A model generated the notes under the pieces. The model searched no databases and was not told the origin of the DNA. It saw only the letters and a program-made list of their open reading frames with translations. Position numbers and translations under genes: made by a program. A DNA stretch of 64,000 bases from Kudoa neothunni (taxonomy: Eukaryota; Animalia; Cnidaria), in assembly GCA_964304625.1 (NCBI GenBank), contig OZ199838.1, forward strand, positions 1,437,158 to 1,501,157, in the 5' to 3' direction. This document shows positions 59,445 to 64,000 of the stretch, one piece after another; positions within the stretch are counted from its first letter, which is position 1, and each line of letters opens with the position of its first letter.

Positions 59445-59890
59445 GTGCATAAGAGTGACGTTGGGATACAAGAAACCGAGGATAGATAACACATTGGTGT
59501 GACATTCGGGCTAAGAACCATGGGGTAATAGGTCTTTACCCAACAATGGTCAGACTATTACTTCCGTGTCGGTGGGTTTCTATCCCATATTTGGGAGCTG
59601 TGGTTAAAGTGTACGCTCGATGTGAGGTGGGGTGCAACATCAACCAATTTCGCGTGAATAGGAGTTGGAATCTCCAGATTCCATCGCAAGACAAGTAATT
59701 TGCAGGCCTCACAAAGCCAACATCTTTAAAGGGATAGGGTGTGGGGTGATAGTCGCCCTGATACGAGGATGTTTAGTGGGTTAAAGTCCTACACTACCAC
59801 ATAAAGATAAGAGATATGGGGTTTCATATTACGTCCTGCGGTGCCTACAGCGTTAATGGAAGAGTTCTGACCAACCAGAATTTCACAACC
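59445..59890. other. GC-rich, strongly base-paired island (candidate structured ncRNA, SINE or retroelement UTR)
   Basis: Nested inverted repeats tgggata/tatccca, agaaacc/ggtttct, gtaatag-gtct/agac-tattac, tgtgagg/cctcaca and ggaatct/agattcc. No long ORF. Confidence 0.4.
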
Positions 59891-59929
59891 TAATAAGTTG
59901 CGTCAGAGGTTTTACCTTGTAAACAAAAA

Positions 59930-60640
59930 ATGGGGATACAAGGAAATATTGGAAGATGAAAATAAAAAAATTTTCCATTTAATGGTAGATGAGGGTAAAA
60001 GGCAAACGTTAATCAAAACATTTTATGAGCATTTCAACCGTTTATGATGTAAATAAATAACGCGAAACCGAAATAATATCACCAGTTAAAGGGGGACGTA
60101 AGTTAATGATGTGATAAAGAAATTACTTGAGCTCATCAATGAGAATTACACCTTTTCTATTTTCCTTATGATCGAAAAACTACAATTATCAATAAAACAA
60201 TAGTTGAGAGGTGGTCTAAAATTAAGAATATTGCATTCAAATTAATATGGAGTGCTCTAGCGATCCGAAATTCTGATTTAGCCAAGGTCTAGCGAAAAGA
60301 TTTTGTTGAACGGTGTGGTAATCTTTCAATTCAAACAAGGCACCAAAAAATTGTTTTTACTGATGAAAACTCCTTTAATTTTTGCAAGATCTGCACTCAA
60401 GGCCAAACTTTTAGAGTTGTTACACCCAATCCTATTGTGTAGAATAGCAGGGGGGGGGGGGGGACAAAAAATCACTATGATTTTAGATGTTTCTGCAATG
60501 GGTGTTGTTCAATGCGAAATTAGTTTTTTGAAATAAATACTGATGCTGCCTAAGGCTTTCTTACTATGATAAAGTCTGTTAATGGGGATGACGATTTTAT
60601 CGTAGTAATGGAAAATTCCACCGTATTGAAAATATAGTTC
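59930..60640 (+). pseudogene. Tc1/IS630-like (DDE_3) transposase remnant
   Basis: KIVFTDENSFN, ITMILDVSAMGVV and FIVVMENST (degenerate DE...DN motifs) spread across frames with stops. Confidence 0.6.
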
Positions 60641-60995
60641 GAGAAAAATGCTATTTTTTTTGTTTTGTTTTATGTTGTTTTTATGCAATTTCCGAAATTA
60701 AAAATAAAGTTTCCGAAAATAGAAGTAAACCCGGCAAAAGAAGAATTAGAATTTTCTAACTTAAAATATAAAATATAAATTAGAACGTGAATGTTATTAA
60801 CATTATATTCAGTTTTTAAGCTTAATTCTAAGTTAAACAGAGTGTATATTATTTTAAAAAAAATTCAATATTTTATATAAAAAGTAGATTTTATTGAGAA
60901 AACAAACGATAACTGTGAAAAGATTGATAAATAAATTTTTGGTAACGAGTTAAGCACATTTATAAAACAAGTATTACTAAATTTTATTATTGATA

Positions 60996-62325
60996 TTAAA
61001 CATCAATAACTGAGTCGGAATCATATTCATCGGATAGCAACTGATTTTTGGTGTACATATCGTCGGGGGCTTTGCAATAGTGTTTGTTGTGATATTCGTT
61101 GAGGAGAAGATTGTGATTCATTGATTTCAGGGTCAATACTAAGTGATAGCTGTTGGCCGAAATCATTTCACACACCTATAAAAATAATTATTAAAGCTCG
61201 AGATGATTCAAAAAAACTCACTTGGTTTATAGATCTTGATATAACATCGATGCCATTCACTTCGAGGATTTGATCGTTTACTTGCATTATTCCTGTCAAA
61301 AAAGCCAATCCGTTTGGAACTATTCTCGAAATATAGATTCCACTAGAATTAACGTCGTCAGGAATGCCTTCTCTATAATAGAAAATTTCAGATTTCCAAT
61401 TCCACCTATGATTAAAAACCTCAAATAGAAACCAAGAGGACGATCTTCGTCGTTGTTTTTGTAAATTTTCACTCGAATAATCGAGGTTGGTAAATGTTCA
61501 CTGTCGATCACAGATGAAACATGCTTGAATTGATCTGGTGCACTTATCACCATTCTTCCTGGTTTACATTCAGTGTAATCCCTCAACTTGACCGATTGAA
61601 GTGTCGACTTTTGCGACCTTTTTAGGAAAGAAAACTTCTTTGTGGGTGTGTAGGGTACATAATTTTTTAAGCAACCATTCAAAATAATAATTAGATACAA
61701 AGGCTTGTTATTGGAGTGAGCATGATCGATAGCCCTTTTACAGTTGGCATCGTTGGTTATCTCCAAATAGCTGTTCTTCACAGTATCAATATACCAAATC
61801 TAAATTTATACTACAATATTGTTGGAGAATTTTATTTTAAATTCACATGTAGGGTTCTGTATTTGTTACAATCGTTGTTGGTGGAATATTGTGGTTGGAC
61901 AACCAACTCTCTGCTTTTACCCAAATATTCTCCCTCTTGCTTATTATCATCAGCTGTGGCGTCGTATAATTTTATAACAATCGATCGCTGAAATTCAAAA
62001 TTAGGTGATTACTTGTAAATGGCTGAACAGAATGTGGAAACGGATGCTTTTTTTCTGCCCCCTTTTCCAAATCCCAAATAGTTTGAGAGGTGAAGTTCAA
62101 CATTTTCTCATCCAGCATCTTCTCATAATCGTACAAAGATTTCAAATTGGATTTATCCAACAAATTTATTTCTTTCATTGCCATAAAACGCATTCGATTC
62201 ATTGTTTCAGCAAATATCTTTGGTATTGTCACTCTCTTGTACGTATCCTCATACTATAACAGTAAAAAAATCACATCTCCGATTTCTCGTAAATCTACAA
62301 CTACTCTTATTTTGATTGTCAACAT
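60996..62325 (-). CDS. PARD6: Partitioning-defective 6 homologue (PB1, semi-CRIB, PDZ); needs a 1-nt correction near 62058-62062
   Basis: PB1 start MLTIKIR|YEDTYKRV and OPCA-like IWYID...LEITNDANCKRAI. Semi-CRIB ISAPDQFKHVSSVIDSEHLP. PDZ RPLGFYLR...GIYISRIVPNGLA..TGIMQVNDQILEVNGIDV...V.EMISANSYHLVLT. Confidence 0.92.
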
Positions 62326-64000
62326 AACTCAGTAATAAATGTGGCAAATACACCAAAACTGTCTATGTGGTTTCCTTGACGACGCTGGTTATCAGCCACA
62401 ACAAAGATAAAATCCACTGGGAGTCTTTGGAAATTCGGTATCAATACAATAGAGTGCAACGATGCTCCCGATAAAATTCAATAAATTACGTAATTTTGCA
62501 ACTATTATTAATTAATATTTATAAACACCTAGCTTAGTATTAATAGAAAATTTTAATATTTTAATAATATGAATTACAAAACGGTCGTAAAGGCGTCAAT
62601 TTATTTCCCGCTATTTACTTCGATGAGATAAGCCAAACAAAACACACTGACTCTTATTTTGATCATTATTAAGTTGAAGCGGACATTATACATTATTAGT
62701 AAAGAATGAACTGCAAAAAAACAAAAATGTATTTCAAATACCTGGTTTATTATCGAAAAATACATAAAAAATAAGCTAAAATTATTTAAATTGTTAAGCA
62801 TAAATCTAATAAAATATTTAATTTTATATTGCAGATTAGGCAAAACCAATAAGTTGGTCAACTAGTTCCCCGGCTTTTTCTGGTCTTTCTTTTGCTTTAG
62901 AGAGGGTACAGATCAGATATCAGATCGTTGGACTGCGGTGGGACCACTGCGCCTTTATTTCGTAAAGAACGTTGTGGTTGGATTATACGTTTACTAATTG
63001 GTATGAAGTATTGAAAATTATAGTTCGATCCAGGCGTAATGCGAATAAAAATCTTGCAGCTTTAACACATCTAATAGCTATCGACGATGTAATATTTAAG
63101 GCGCAGTAAGATAAGACTCACATGGATAGAAGATATTTGTTTACTCGGTTAGATTTTCACGTTTTCCGCTATAGGACTAGGCAACAAACTACATGTAAAT
63201 CTCCACTATGCCTACAACGTTCATAGAGTCTGATTGAACTTCAATGTCTAAACAGATGCTCCAGAGGGTTTAACTTGAGAAATAACAAATGTGGAATATT
63301 TTTACATTTGTGATGTGAGAAAAATTTCATCTCATTTTTCGCATAAGAATAATTTTGACAAAAATAGTATTAATATATAATTTAAGGTCATATTAGTCAT
63401 AAGATTATTTTATAGCTGTAAAATATTTTTATCACCAATAATACATGCAATTAATTAGCGAGTGACGATTAGATTTAAAAAGTGGAATATAGTTTTTTAC
63501 TGCGTAAATAGTTGTTAAATTTCTAGATTGCTTAAAATATATGTGTTAATATATTGATTTAATTCAGAATTTTATAGGAACATAAATATCAATTTAATTA
63601 CAAAATAGTCATTGAGGTAGTAGTCCATATGAGATATTGCTTATACGCACAGAATACATCCCAATTATAATTTAAAAACTCTTAATTTTACCATTATTAT
63701 TTGATGGATCAAAGCGTGAATCACCTTGAAAAAATATCCTACGGTACAAAACAGCTTCAAACGTTAATAATATAATGCCGCAATTTGTCAATATGAATCG
63801 TACATAAACTATTACATAATAAATAAGAATATAGAAACTTCAACTTTATACAATTGCAAGTTATATAGTTTTTGGTTTGTTGCCATTGCCACCATTTTAA
63901 AAATTAAATTTAAGAATTTATCTAGAAACCAAATTTTTTACCATATTATTGATCAATTAAATTTAATTCTGATTGAATATTAATTCTATATCCTACCATT

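Noticed and set aside
59780-59830. AAAGTCC...GGGGTTTCA resembling RNase MRP/P P4 motifs, and CTGATACGA resembling a hammerhead core
   Set aside because: The spacing is far too short for P4 and the hammerhead core is incomplete, so no family call is supportable.
59930-60640. Fanzor/TnpB-type RNA-guided nuclease system linked to the structured island
   Set aside because: No RuvC or zinc-finger Fanzor ORF is visible; only DDE transposase remnants are present.
62900-63060. GC-richer patch with a B-box-like GTTCGATCC (~63023)
   Set aside because: No cloverleaf or convincing A box; at most a decayed SINE.

Overview
Very AT-rich eukaryotic (animal-type) genomic DNA with compact genes split by short GT-AG introns (mostly about 35-80 nt). 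These genes are interleaved with many decayed DNA transposons (piggyBac, hAT, pogo/Tigger, Tc1/IS630-like, Helitron-like elements, MITEs). The architecture suggests a reduced-genome invertebrate, possibly a parasite such as a myxozoan or orthonectid; this is inference only. Recognisable genes are RFC1, a KGD4/MRPS36-like gene, KCTD3/SHKBP1, PFKFB, a ubiquitin-like-domain gene, a TTF1/DMTF1-like Myb gene, a 3-exon globin, TMEM199/VMA12, SMC5 and PARD6. The most unusual object is a ~6.9 kb orphan gene (38564-45434, minus) encoding a type I membrane protein. It has about 18 Cys-rich FN3-like modules that appear to be a triplicated six-module block. Other highlights are a recurrent NRF1-type GCGCATGCGC palindrome just upstream of start codons, Helitron-like elements carrying gene-like cargo, a strongly base-paired GC-rich island at 59.4-59.9 kb, and apparent frameshifts at G/C homopolymers in four conserved genes (probably assembly errors). 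Gene models were spliced by eye, so exon edges are approximate.
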